This document shows positions 46,671 to 57,440 of a stretch of DNA of 64,000 bases, one piece after another. The translations under genes were made by a program, and so were the position numbers. This DNA comes from an uncultured Clostridia bacterium (GTDB lineage Bacteria > Bacillota > Clostridia > TANB77 > CAG-508), in assembly GCA_944390965.1 (NCBI GenBank), contig CALXRW010000005.1, forward strand, positions 16-64,015, read 5' to 3'. Each line of letters begins with the position of its first letter. The first letter of the stretch is position 1. Below the pieces are notes generated by a model, which worked only from the letters and a program-made list of their open reading frames with translations, made no database searches and had not been told where the DNA came from.

Positions 46671-47144
46671 CTAAGAAAGTCCTTTTAATTCAGATAGTTT
46701 ATAATACGTATTTCCATCTGTATAAGTAAATCCTTTTGGATAAACTACTTCTACTTCTCCTTCATAATTTACATAAAAATAGTCTCCCTCTTCTGTTTCT
46801 ATTCCTTCTAATCCCTCTCCTTGTAAAATACTTTCATCCCATTTATAGTATTTTTCTACTTCTGTTGATATTACACCAGCTTGTTGTAATTCATTTGCTT
46901 CATTAGAACCTGCTGTTACTTTTTGACCTGTTAAAGCATTTGGTAATTCTTCAGCCGTTACTTCAAAACTCAATTTTTCATAGATTGTTTTAGCTTTTGC
47001 TTGGATTAATAATAAATTTGTTTTTATTGTTTCTAAGTTTACGGATTTTATCATTCCTGTTCCAGAATAAATAACAGTTCCTGCTAATATAATTAATACA
47101 ATTATTGTAATAATAAGTGCAATTAATGTAATTCCTCTTTCCAT
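46671..47144 (-). CDS. Prepilin-type N-terminal domain protein (pseudopilin-like)
   Basis: N-terminus MERGITLIALIITIIVLIILAG resembles a class III signal peptide / methylation motif, with Ala in place of Glu5. Confidence 0.6.
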   Translation of the reverse strand: MERGITLIALIITIIVLIILAGTVIYSGTGMIKSVNLETIKTNLLLIQAKAKTIYEKLSFEVTAEELPNALTGQKVTAGSNEANELQQAGVISTEVEKYYKWDESILQGEGLEGIETEEGDYFYVNYEGEVEVVYPKGFTYTDGNTYYKLSELKGLS

Positions 47145-47328
47145 CTTTTCATCAGTCCTTTCTTCTTTTGCTTATTATATACATAAATTAAATTTTTTTC
47201 AATATTCTTAGGAACAAGATTTTCTTTTATCTATAACATTTTTTTCACATTTTTTTCACAAAACTGTTGTATGATAAAAGTGTTTTAGGTTATGATATAA
47301 TTAAAATTTAAGAAAGGGATGTATCAAA

Positions 47329-48540
47329 ATGGAAGAAAAAGATTTAAACACAGAAACTTCCTATAAAACTGTAGGAAATAGTTTCCAAAGTGAAAAGGGT
47401 GGTTTTGCAAAAAGCATTATTTTACCTTTTGTTTCAGGAATAGTAGGAGCAACTTTAGTAATGGGTGTATGCTTTAGTGTTCCTCAAATAAAAAACAAAA
47501 TCATGGGTGAAATACAAACTGGCAACACCACTACTGTAGGTAGTGGAAATTATACCACTTCCTCTAATAATTTAGTATCCTTATCTAATTATTCAGATAC
47601 CTCCGTTGGAGTAGCAGAAAAAGTACTTCCTTCTATTGTAGGAATTCAAGTTGAATATAATGTAAATTCTATTTTTTACAGACAAACATCTACTGCAACT
47701 GCAGAAGGTTCTGGAGTAATTATTAGTGAAGATGGTTATATTTTGACCAATAATCATATTGTAAGTAATTCATCTTCCTATTATCAAGTATCTGAAGCAA
47801 GCAGAATTGTTGTATATCTATATAATGATCCAACAGAATATGAAGCTAAAATTGTAGGAACAGATGAAGAAACTGATTTAGCTGTTATTAAAATTGAAAA
47901 GACTGGTTTAACTCCTGCAGAATTAGGTGATTCCGATCAGGTTAAAATAGGAGAATTTGCTATGGCAATTGGTAATCCTTTGGGTATGCAAAATAGTGTT
48001 TCAAGCGGTATTATAAGTGCTGTAAATAGAGAAATTACAGATACAGATGGAAAAAACTATACTTTAATTCAAACAGATGCTGCTATTAATTCAGGAAATA
48101 GTGGTGGTGCTTTAGTAAATAGCAGTGGTCAAGTAATTGGAATTAATACTTTAAAATTAATGGGTACCGGTGTAGAAGGTATGGGATTTGCTATTCCTAT
48201 TAATGATACTAAACCAATTTATGAGGATTTGATTCAATATAGCAAAGTAAAGAGACCTTATATTGGCTTTAGTGGAAGAGACTTAGACGAAGCAACTGCA
48301 AAAGCAAATAATTTAGTAGTAGGTGCTTATGTTGTTTCTATAGAAGAATTTTCTGCCGCTGAAAAGGCTGGTTTAAGACCTGGTGATGTCGTAATCAAAA
48401 TTAATGGAACATCTATCACAACAATGGATGAATTAAATGCCATTAAAAATGAATGTCAAATTGGTGATGAAATTACTTTAACAATTGTAAGAGACGGTCA
48501 AGAGAAAGAACTTAAATTAACCTTAATGGAACAACCTTAG
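47329..48540 (+). CDS. HtrA/DegP-family serine protease with a PDZ domain
   Basis: TM anchor, catalytic triad context (TNNHIV, DLAVIK, GNSGGALV) and a C-terminal PDZ domain. Confidence 0.92.
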   Translation: MEEKDLNTETSYKTVGNSFQSEKGGFAKSIILPFVSGIVGATLVMGVCFSVPQIKNKIMGEIQTGNTTTVGSGNYTTSSNNLVSLSNYSDTSVGVAEKVLPSIVGIQVEYNVNSIFYRQTSTATAEGSGVIISEDGYILTNNHIVSNSSSYYQVSEASRIVVYLYNDPTEYEAKIVGTDEETDLAVIKIEKTGLTPAELGDSDQVKIGEFAMAIGNPLGMQNSVSSGIISAVNREITDTDGKNYTLIQTDAAINSGNSGGALVNSSGQVIGINTLKLMGTGVEGMGFAIPINDTKPIYEDLIQYSKVKRPYIGFSGRDLDEATAKANNLVVGAYVVSIEEFSAAEKAGLRPGDVVIKINGTSITTMDELNAIKNECQIGDEITLTIVRDGQEKELKLTLMEQP

Positions 48541-48766
48541 AATATTTACTTTCTCTTCACAAGGAATTCACATAAGCACGATATAGTAATAATTGAAAAT
48601 ATCCCCTTTATTTTTAAAAAGAAAGGCCCCATCAAATAAACAGGAGTCTTTCTTTTTGGTCTTAGAAAAGCTTTATATATTTCAGCGTTTTTCTTGACTA
48701 AACCTTAAAAATAGAGTATGATAGATTCGTGTTAGATTATGAAAATATGAAAGGATGTAATAAATT

Positions 48767-51058
48767 ATGGTATGTTCTGTATGTAATAAAAATACAGCTG
48801 TCATTTTTATAAATAAAATAGAAAATGGTAAACAAGTTACAGAAGGACTTTGTTATAATTGTGCCAAGGAAAGAGGATTGAACCCACTGGAAATATTGGC
48901 AAAGCAAGCCAATCTTTCTGAAGAGAATTTGCAAGATATGGCAAAACAGTTCGAAGACATCTTCCAAGATGTTACAAATAATGTTGATATGGAAAATTTA
49001 GAAAATAATCCCAATGGTGAGCAAAACATTCCTATCGGAGCTATTATAACAAATATGTTTTCTTCTGATAAAAATAAATCTGATAAGTCAGAAAAATCTA
49101 ATGATCCTAATAAGAAAAAAACAAAAGTAGAAAAAAAGCCAAAGGAAGAAAAGAAAAGGTTTATTGACACATATGGAACGAATTTAACACAGAAAGCTAG
49201 AAATCACGAACTAGATACTGTTGTTGGAAGAGACAAAGAAATTCAAAGAGTCATACAAATTTTAAATAGACGTTCTAAAAATAATCCTTGCTTAATTGGT
49301 GAACCTGGGGTTGGGAAAACAGCTATTGCGCAAGGATTGGCCATTAAAATTGCTAACCAGCAAGTACCTCCTAAGTTGTTAAATAAGGAAGTATATTTAT
49401 TAGATATGACTTCTGTTGTTGCTGGGACACAGTTTAGAGGCCAATTTGAAGGTCGTATGAAAGCCATTATAGATGAGTGCAGGAATAGTAAAAATATTAT
49501 TTTAGTTATTGATGAAATTCACAATATTATTGGTGCTGGTGATGCTGAAAATGCAATGAATGCTGCTAATATTTTAAAGCCATCTTTAGCCAATGGCGAA
49601 GTACAAGTAATTGGTACAACTACACTAAAAGAATATCGCAAACATATTGAAAAAGATTCTGCTTTGGAAAGAAGATTTCAGCCAGTTTTGGTGGAAGAGC
49701 CAACTGTTGATGATACGATTTCTATTTTAAGAGGAATTAAAAAATATTATGAAGAATATCATAAAGTTCGTATTTCTGATGATGTTATTACACAAACAGT
49801 AAAAATGTCTGAGAGATATATTCATGACAGATTTTTACCAGATAAAGCAATTGACATTTTAGATGAAGCATGTTCTAAAATTAATTTAAATAATAAGGAA
49901 TTATATGAATTAGAACTTCTACGAAATGAGCTTAAAAAAATACAAGATGAAAAAGAGGAAGCCGTTTCTTCTGATTCTATAGAAGATTATCAAAAAGCTG
50001 CAGATTTAAAGACTAAAGAATGTAATTTACTAGAAAAAATAGATGAATTAAATCAAAAATTTCAATATACTAATTTAACCATACAAGATATTGCTAGAGT
50101 AATTGAAAGTTGGACTAAAATTCCTGTTACTAAAGTAACGGAAGAGGAAACTCATAAGTTATTAACTTTAGAGGAAAATTTACACCATCGAATTATTGGA
50201 CAAGATGAAGCTGTAAAAGCTGTAAGTAGAGCCATTCGTAGAAATCGTGCTGGATTACAAACATCCAAAAGACCACCTTCTTTTATTTTCGTTGGTCCTA
50301 CCGGTGTTGGTAAAACAGAACTTGCTAAATCTTTGGCCATAGAAATGTTTGGAAGTGAAGATTCCATTATTCGTATTGATATGTCCGAGTATATGGAAAG
50401 TCATTCTACCTCTAAATTAATAGGTTCGCCTCCTGGTTATGTAGGATATGATGATAGTGGATGGCTTACAGATAAAGTAAAAAGGAAACCATATTCTATT
50501 ATCTTATTAGATGAAATTGAAAAAGCTCATCCAGATGTATTTAACTTGCTTCTTCAAATTTTAGATGATGGAAGATTGACAGACAGCCAAGGAAATACTG
50601 TTAATTTTGAAAATACAATTATCATTATGACATCTAACGCTGGTTCTAATTTAAATAATAATTCTATTGGATTTGGAAAACAGACTCTAGATAAGAATAA
50701 AATTGAAGAAAATTTAAAAAGTATTTTTAGACCAGAATTTTTAAACAGAGTAGATGAAATTGTAGTATTTGACAGTCTTACTAAAGAACAATTATTACAA
50801 ATTGTAGATTTATTATTAGAAAATACAAAATCTGCATTAAGTAATAAAAATATTGATTTTTCAATATCAGAACAAGCAAAACATTATTTATTAGATAAAG
50901 GAACAGACTTAAAATATGGTGCAAGACCTTTAAGAAGAGCTATTCAACGTTATGTAGAAGATGAGCTAGCTGAAATGATTTTAAGATGTGAATTGTTAGA
51001 TGGTGACAAAATTTTTGTAGATGTTGCAGATGATAAATTAATATTTCAAAGAAATTAA
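48767..51058 (+). CDS. clpE: ClpE-type AAA+ Clp ATPase (N-terminal zinc ribbon, no Clp_N repeats)
   Basis: CSVC...CYNC zinc ribbon, two Walker A sites ([16 protein letters not shown]) and a middle UVR-like coil. Confidence 0.88.
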   Translation: MVCSVCNKNTAVIFINKIENGKQVTEGLCYNCAKERGLNPLEILAKQANLSEENLQDMAKQFEDIFQDVTNNVDMENLENNPNGEQNIPIGAIITNMFSSDKNKSDKSEKSNDPNKKKTKVEKKPKEEKKRFIDTYGTNLTQKARNHELDTVVGRDKEIQRVIQILNRRSKNNPCLIGEPGVGKTAIAQGLAIKIANQQVPPKLLNKEVYLLDMTSVVAGTQFRGQFEGRMKAIIDECRNSKNIILVIDEIHNIIGAGDAENAMNAANILKPSLANGEVQVIGTTTLKEYRKHIEKDSALERRFQPVLVEEPTVDDTISILRGIKKYYEEYHKVRISDDVITQTVKMSERYIHDRFLPDKAIDILDEACSKINLNNKELYELELLRNELKKIQDEKEEAVSSDSIEDYQKAADLKTKECNLLEKIDELNQKFQYTNLTIQDIARVIESWTKIPVTKVTEEETHKLLTLEENLHHRIIGQDEAVKAVSRAIRRNRAGLQTSKRPPSFIFVGPTGVGKTELAKSLAIEMFGSEDSIIRIDMSEYMESHSTSKLIGSPPGYVGYDDSGWLTDKVKRKPYSIILLDEIEKAHPDVFNLLLQILDDGRLTDSQGNTVNFENTIIIMTSNAGSNLNNNSIGFGKQTLDKNKIEENLKSIFRPEFLNRVDEIVVFDSLTKEQLLQIVDLLLENTKSALSNKNIDFSISEQAKHYLLDKGTDLKYGARPLRRAIQRYVEDELAEMILRCELLDGDKIFVDVADDKLIFQRN

Positions 51059-51081
51059 AGCACAAATATATGGAGGAATTT

Positions 51082-51657
51082 ATGAAACATGTTCCGAATA
51101 TTTTAACAATTGTTAGATTTATTTTAATCCCTTTCATTGTTTATTTTGCAATGAAGGAGCAGTACATTATAACAACCATTATTTTAATAATATCTGGTAT
51201 TACAGATATTCTAGATGGTATTATTGCAAGAAAATTTAATTTTATTACTGATTTTGGAAAACTGATGGATCCATTAGCAGATAAAGCAACACAAGTGGCA
51301 ACTTTAGTTGTTCTTGTGTTGCAAAATATCATTCCTTTCTGGATTTTAGCAGTAGTAATTATTAAAGAATTTATTATGGTTGCTGGCGCCTCTTTCCTCT
51401 ATGGAAAAGAGACCGTTGTATTTAGTAAGTGGTATGGAAAGCTTTCAACCGTATTATTTTATATTGCCATTTTTTCATCACTTATTATAAAATATTTTAA
51501 TATTACCTTTAATTTTGCAGATTATATTTATTATCTAGCAGTTGCAGTTACTATTTTCTCTTTAATTATGTACTTTAAAGCCTTTTGGGTAAAGGGATAT
51601 ATTAAAGAAGCAAATACCAACCATCAAGAAGAGGAAAATAAAAAACATCTCAACTGA
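51082..51657 (+). CDS. pgsA: CDP-diacylglycerol--glycerol-3-phosphate 3-phosphatidyltransferase
   Basis: CDP-alcohol phosphatidyltransferase motif DGIIARKFNFITDFGKLMDPLADK. ATG 51082 follows GGAGG. Confidence 0.88.
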   Translation: MKHVPNILTIVRFILIPFIVYFAMKEQYIITTIILIISGITDILDGIIARKFNFITDFGKLMDPLADKATQVATLVVLVLQNIIPFWILAVVIIKEFIMVAGASFLYGKETVVFSKWYGKLSTVLFYIAIFSSLIIKYFNITFNFADYIYYLAVAVTIFSLIMYFKAFWVKGYIKEANTNHQEEENKKHLN

Positions 51658-51699
51658 GATGCTTTTTTTAGGGATTGTCAAAGACTATCTTATACAATT

Positions 51700-51944
51700 T
51701 TAAACAGTTCCTTTGAAGAACGGGCGATTAAAATCGCCCCTACATCTAAAATTATTCATTATTCACTATTCATTTTTCATTATTCATTAATAGATATAAG
51801 AATTATCTTTCTCGAGCGTTTTCTTTGAAGCTGGGTCGCCGAGGGCGGCGACCCCTACATGCAAATTATTCATTAATTCAATTTACAACATCACTGATTA
51901 TATTTAATGAATAGTGAATAATTTATAATGAATGATGAATAATT
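51700..51944 (-). repeat. Composite repeat block: two REP-like hairpins (R6 canonical 51722-51744, R7 stem-swapped 51833-51859) interleaved with ATTCATT-type palindrome modules
   Basis: Collinear with 1-235, except that R7 and its flank are inserted inside the AT-rich module, after ATTCATTAAT. Confidence 0.85.
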
Positions 51945-52556
51945 CTATTCATAATCTTCTATCGCCGCATTTAGATTTTCTTTCCCATATACCTTGATTC
52001 CTTCTTTTAATTTTTCTATATCTGATTCTGGCAAAAATTGTGTAGATATTTGTGTCATTTCTTTTAATGTTTCTATTCCTCTTTCATCAATACTATAAAT
52101 TGCAACATACCCATCTCTTTCTCTTAGTGCATAGTGCTCGTTACAGTTTCCTTCTACTTCTTTTTGTAATACAATTTCATTAGGTGCAAAACTTACAACT
52201 GTCCAATCATTGTAAAATTCATTTACCTCTTTTTCTGTTAGGTTTACTAATTCCTTTGGAATTTCTACATAACTCTTTGTTGTGTGTTTACATCCTTTAA
52301 AATATTTTTTTAGAATCAATGCCGCATTTGGTGAAACTTTCTTTTCTTCTCCACTTGTTGTAATTATTTCATTTTCTACTTCTTGTTGTTCTATGTTTTC
52401 TATTGATTCTTCTTTTATTTCTTTCACAGCAATTTCTTCTATTTCTTGTTCTTGTGGATTATTAAATTGACTTATTTTAAAAATATAAAATCCTAAACAT
52501 GCAGATATTACTAGTAATATAATCCCAAAAAATACATAAATGTATATTTTCTTCAT
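51945..52556 (-). CDS. Membrane-anchored BofC C-terminal-domain-like protein
   Basis: TM anchor. The C-terminus DGYVAIYSIDERGIETLKEMTQISTQFLPESDIEKLKEGIKVYGKENL matches the BofC_C pattern. Confidence 0.5.
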   Translation of the reverse strand: MKKIYIYVFFGIILLVISACLGFYIFKISQFNNPQEQEIEEIAVKEIKEESIENIEQQEVENEIITTSGEEKKVSPNAALILKKYFKGCKHTTKSYVEIPKELVNLTEKEVNEFYNDWTVVSFAPNEIVLQKEVEGNCNEHYALRERDGYVAIYSIDERGIETLKEMTQISTQFLPESDIEKLKEGIKVYGKENLNAAIEDYE

Positions 52557-52621
52557 AGCTTTTCCCACCCTTTACGTAATTTCTTTTTCCTATTCTTTGT
52601 AAATTTAGAAAAAATATACAT

Positions 52622-54983
52622 TTACTTTGAAATATCACTTAATTGTGTTGAGATTTCTATTTTTCCTCGCTTATTAACTATAATACAGATTTCTCCGTTT
52701 TTATCAGTTCGATATGTCATAATTTTATACTTTTTTAATCGATTCAATATTTCTTCTGATGGATGTCCGAAATTATTTTTGCCCACTCCAATTAATGCAA
52801 TTCTTGGGTTTACCTTTTTCAGAAATTCTTCTGTTGTAGAACTTTTTGAACCGTGATGTGCAATTTTTAGTATAGTAGCAGATACATCTATTTTTTGTTC
52901 CAATAGCATTTTCTCTGCTTTTTGTTCTATATCTCCTGTAAATAACATTTTAAATTTGCCATAGTTTAATTTTAATACCATAGAATTATTGTTTTGATCT
53001 TCAAATTTTTCATTAGTTGGATATAAAACTTCTATTATAATATCATCTTCAAGTTCTATTCTGTCTCCTGCTTTCAAAGTTTGTACCTTTATTTTATTTT
53101 GATTTACTATTTCTATAACTTCCTGATATTCTTGGCTTTCTTTAGTTTGTTCTAAAAAAATAAGCGTTTTTATTCTTATATTTTCCATTAGATACAATAA
53201 ACCTCCATAATGGTCTGTATCAAAATGGGAAATAAATACATAATCCAAACAATTTATATTTCTATCCAATAAGTAAGGAAGCAATACAGATTCTCCAACA
53301 TCATAATTTTCTCGATTTAAACCTCCACCTCCATCAATCAAGACTTTCTTTTGCTTAGGTGTAATAATTAATGTACTATCTCCGCTGTCCAACATCAATG
53401 AAATAAACTTTTAATGTCAAAGGAAAGATTGAAATATGTTTAAAAATAAGCATTGTAATCAAATATATTATTAGTATCTTTTTTTTATTTAAGCATAACC
53501 ACTGACATTGCTTTTTTTGAAATCTATATAAGTTTTTGTTAGATTTTAAATCAATACTATATTTTATAATTCCCAAAAGTAAAAAATATAGTATTACATT
53601 GATAAATGCCGGTGTTGGCAAAATAATCTCTGAAAATGGCAGATGAGAGACAAATTCCGATATGAGATTTAATAAAGATAGTAGTAATTTTAAAATAATT
53701 GCTAAAAAACTAGCTAAAGGATAAATAATATAAGATGAAAAAATACATACAAAACCCAAAATAGTAATTATTTCAATTAAGGTTGAAACAAATAAATTTG
53801 CAATTAAAAAGGTTAAACTTAAGGTATTAAAACAATATAATAAAATAGGGAATAAAACAATTTGTGCCGAAAGAATAACAGAAGTCATGTTGCACAATTT
53901 AGGAAAAGGAATTTTCTTTTTCAATAATATACTAATAGGTTTGGTAAACAAAATAATACCTATTGTCCCTCCATAGGATAAAATGAGTCCAAAATCATAA
54001 ATAGCATATGGATTATTCATTAGAATACATAGTAAAGAAATGGCAATACTTGTTTGTATGTCTGATTTACGGTATACAATCTTCGCTCCCATCAGAATTA
54101 TTCCCATAATGCATGCTCTCACAACAGAAGATGTAAAACCCACCAGTAACATAAACAAAATAAGAATGATAATAATGAGTATATAGATTTTTCTTTTTCC
54201 AATGGCTACTTTTTCCAAGAGAAATGTCATTCCTAATATTATGTATTGTACATGCATCCCAGAAACTGCTAAAATGTGTGATAAACTGCTTTTTCTAAAG
54301 TTTTCTTGAATTTCTTCTCCTAACTCTGATGTTTCTCCTATTAAAATTCCCATTAATAAGTCTTTATCTTTTTCTAATAGCTTTTCTGCTTTTCCCATCA
54401 TACTGATTTTTAATTTATTCACTGTTCTTAATATTAGTTTTCCTTGTTCTCTTTGTAAAATATCTATTTTTTCTCCAACCATAGTTCCATAAATTTTCTT
54501 TGTTTTTAAATAGGCTGAATAGTCAAATCCCCCATAATTTCTTCTTATAGATGGTTTTTCATATTCTCCTTTTATTTGAACAAAATCACCATATACTAAT
54601 GGTATTTCTTTTGAAAAACGTAAAATATATTTTTTATTTGTTTCTATTTCTTTTATAATACATGTTTTAAAGTATTCCTTCTCTTCTGGATTGCTTTCTA
54701 CTATTCCCGTCATCATTTTTAATGTTTGTTGATAAGTCGTTTGATATTCTTTTTCCCATTGTAAAATTTGCAAATTACTTAATATACTTGTCATGAAAAA
54801 TATAAGTAGAAAATTCCACTTTAGTAATATCTTGAAATATCTAATTTTTTTCCACCTTTTTAATAAGAAGTAAATAATAAAGTATAAAAATATATTAAAA
54901 GGGATTATACTTATTTTTAAGTATAACCCCCATATAATTCCAATAATATATCCTACACATGCAATTAAAATTGGTCGTTTCAT
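52622..54983 (-). pseudogene. comEC: ComEC/Rec2 DNA internalisation channel, split by a +1 frameshift at the metallo-beta-lactamase HxHxDH-domain entry
   Basis: The upstream ORF ends ..VYFIDVGQRR-stop and the downstream ORF reads LDSGDSTLII. Deleting one C (complement of G 53384) restores the canonical FIDVGQGDSTLI motif. Confidence 0.8.
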
Positions 54984-55011
54984 TTTGTTGATTCCTCACT
55001 TTTTTTGCTTT

Positions 55012-55085
55012 AAGTAATTTCTGAGAAGAACGGGCGATTAAAATCGCCCCTACATTTTTCACAAATTACCTTACACTATCTTTTA
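55012..55085 (-). repeat. REP-like element copy R8 (long form)
   Basis: AAGTAATTTCTGAGAAGAACGGGCGATTAAAATCGCCCCTACATTTTTCACAAATTACCTTACACTATCTTTT. Its left end lies 28 nt upstream of the comEC start. Confidence 0.85.
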
Positions 55086-55101
55086 ATTGCCCCCATTTTG
55101 T

Positions 55102-56532
55102 TTAGAATCTCCTTGCTCCCATATATTTTTCATTATAGTAGCCACTTGATATAGTATCAATTACTACTCCTCTTGTTTCATTTGCTGCATGGATAAATTG
55201 AGAATTTCCTATGTAAATACCAACATGTCCTAATTCTGATGTCCCCCATCCAGCAAAATATAATAAATCTCCTGGTTGTAAATAATCTCTTCCAACCTCT
55301 ACTCCACTGCTTGCTTGTATAGAACAAGAACGACTTAGCGAATATCCACATTGATTATAGACATAATATGTAAATCCTGAGCAATCAAATCCACCACTTG
55401 GTGTTGTTCCTCCATATACATAAGGATAGCCTTTAAACTGCATTGCATAATCTACAATACCTTGTCCAGAACTATTAGCAGGTGGATTCCCTGTACTGTT
55501 ATTTCCATTAGTTTCATCAGTATTTTCTATATGGTCTGCTACCAAGTCTTTTGATATATAAGCATATTCCCCATTAAATTCAATTTTGTAGAAATCTCCT
55601 TCTTCTCCCACTATAATAACTTCTGTATTTTTAGAAAGTGTTCCTAATATTTGAGAACTTGTATTTGATTCTTGTCTTATATTAGCTGAACTTACTGATA
55701 CATAATAAGTATCTCTTTTACTATCTCTTTGTTCCATTAAAGCTCTTGAGGTAGTTTCTGTTGGTTCACTAGATATAAGTCTTGTTGCTACATATCCTTC
55801 TAAATCATCTACTCGGATTTTTGTCCATTCTTCTCCTTCTTCTAATATGATTACTTCTGTGTTTCTTGGAATTGCTTTTAGAACCTCTGCTTCCATATCT
55901 CCACTTGCCCTTACATTAGCACTACTTGTATTAATATAACCTTTTTTCTCTTCTGATGTTTCTACTGGTTCTTGAGGTTCTTCTTGGCTTGGTGTTTGAT
56001 TTAGTTTATCTAATTCAGTTTTAATAACCCATCCTGTTTTCTCACCATATTGTACATAACACCAGTTATTAATTGTATTTTGGGTTATTATTTCTGTTCC
56101 AGTTGGTATTATGTCTGTTTTACTTGCATAAATTACTGGAATTATATAAACAGAAATTTCATTTTTAGTCTCTTCTGGATTTTGTTGTTCAGTTGGTTGT
56201 TCATTCTGCGTTTCTGTATTTTCAACTGGTTGTTCTTGTGTTGCTTCTGTCGGTGTTACATTTTCCTCCTGAAGTATTTCAACTAAATCTGATCTAATAT
56301 ATCCTACATATTCATCTACCTGTACTTGATACCAATCTCCAATTTGATCTAATATTTCAAATGTTTCTCCAGCTTGTACATCTGTTAAAATAGTTGCTTC
56401 CGTAGATGCCTCTCTTCTTACTCTTGTTCCATCTGTGGTTGCTCTTCCTTGTGTTGCTAAAGAGGGAAGTGAAAAAAATACAAGTATTGGTAGCACTAGT
56501 AACAGGCATAAACTTAATTTTTTTATTATCAT
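55102..56532 (-). CDS. NlpC/P60 (C40) cell-wall peptidase with repeated SH3b domains
   Basis: Signal peptide, four SH3-like repeats (GWVIKTEL, EGYVATRL, YAYISKDL etc.), and a catalytic Cys in FDCSGFTYYVY. ATG 56532 follows AAGGAG. Confidence 0.9.
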   Translation of the reverse strand: MIIKKLSLCLLLVLPILVFFSLPSLATQGRATTDGTRVRREASTEATILTDVQAGETFEILDQIGDWYQVQVDEYVGYIRSDLVEILQEENVTPTEATQEQPVENTETQNEQPTEQQNPEETKNEISVYIIPVIYASKTDIIPTGTEIITQNTINNWCYVQYGEKTGWVIKTELDKLNQTPSQEEPQEPVETSEEKKGYINTSSANVRASGDMEAEVLKAIPRNTEVIILEEGEEWTKIRVDDLEGYVATRLISSEPTETTSRALMEQRDSKRDTYYVSVSSANIRQESNTSSQILGTLSKNTEVIIVGEEGDFYKIEFNGEYAYISKDLVADHIENTDETNGNNSTGNPPANSSGQGIVDYAMQFKGYPYVYGGTTPSGGFDCSGFTYYVYNQCGYSLSRSCSIQASSGVEVGRDYLQPGDLLYFAGWGTSELGHVGIYIGNSQFIHAANETRGVVIDTISSGYYNEKYMGARRF

Positions 56533-56681
56533 GGAAAATTTCTCCTTCTTTTTTATTACGGAAACAGTATATAGCAAAATATGTATTTTGTCAAATGGAA
56601 ATTTTTTCCTTGAAATTCCACTTCAAAAGTATTATAATTATTAAATATGAAATTATTTAGCTAATATAGAAGGTGTAAATT

Positions 56682-57407
56682 ATGTCATTTGAAAGATTTT
56701 TTTCTGTCCAGTTTTCAGATATTGATAAAAACAATATATTAAAGCCAAATGCATTGTTAAATTATCTACAAGAAATTGGTAGTTTACATACAGACAGTGT
56801 AAAGCTTGGACTATACCAAACAAAAGAGCTACATTTTACCTGGATTGTATTAGGCTGGAAAATTAAAATATCCCAACTACCTAATTGGAATGAAAAGTTA
56901 AGAGTTGTTACATGGCCAAGAAGTTTTAATGAATTCTTCTATTTCCGTGATTATGAAATATGGGACAGCAAAAATAATTTAATTGCATGTGCCTCTTCTA
57001 AATGGATTTGTTTTGATACCGAATCTCAACGTATAGAAAAAGTAAGCGAAAAAGTAAAATCTCTTCTACCAATTGAAGAAAAGACTATTTTTGATGAAAA
57101 AATTGGTAAGTTAAAACAGCCAGCTAGTTATGATAATACCTTTTCTTATACTATTTTAAAACATGATATTGATACCAATAATCATTTAAATAATGTAAAA
57201 TATTTAACTCTTGCTTTAGAAGCATTACCAGATTCTATTTCTAGCACAGATATTTCTGAAATAGAAATTATGTATAAAAATAGTAGTTATTTGCATGAAG
57301 ATATTGTATGTTTATATCACAAAAAAAGCGAAAAAGAACATTTTGTTACAATAAAGAGCAAAGATCAAACTGTTTTACATGGAATTATAAAATTTACATT
57401 AAAATAA
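56682..57407 (+). CDS. Acyl-ACP thioesterase
   Basis: Double hot-dog pattern (FSDIDKNNILKPNALLNYLQE ... HDIDTNNHLNNVKY). Confidence 0.8.
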   Translation: MSFERFFSVQFSDIDKNNILKPNALLNYLQEIGSLHTDSVKLGLYQTKELHFTWIVLGWKIKISQLPNWNEKLRVVTWPRSFNEFFYFRDYEIWDSKNNLIACASSKWICFDTESQRIEKVSEKVKSLLPIEEKTIFDEKIGKLKQPASYDNTFSYTILKHDIDTNNHLNNVKYLTLALEALPDSISSTDISEIEIMYKNSSYLHEDIVCLYHKKSEKEHFVTIKSKDQTVLHGIIKFTLK

Positions 57408-57440
57408 GAAATAATATGAAACTTCATAGTTTCCTATACA

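Noticed and set aside
48541-48766. Expected CtsR operator upstream of clpE
   Set aside because: No GTCAAA or TTTGAC heptad occurs on either strand. Only a sigma-A-like promoter, TTGACT-17-TATGAT, is present.
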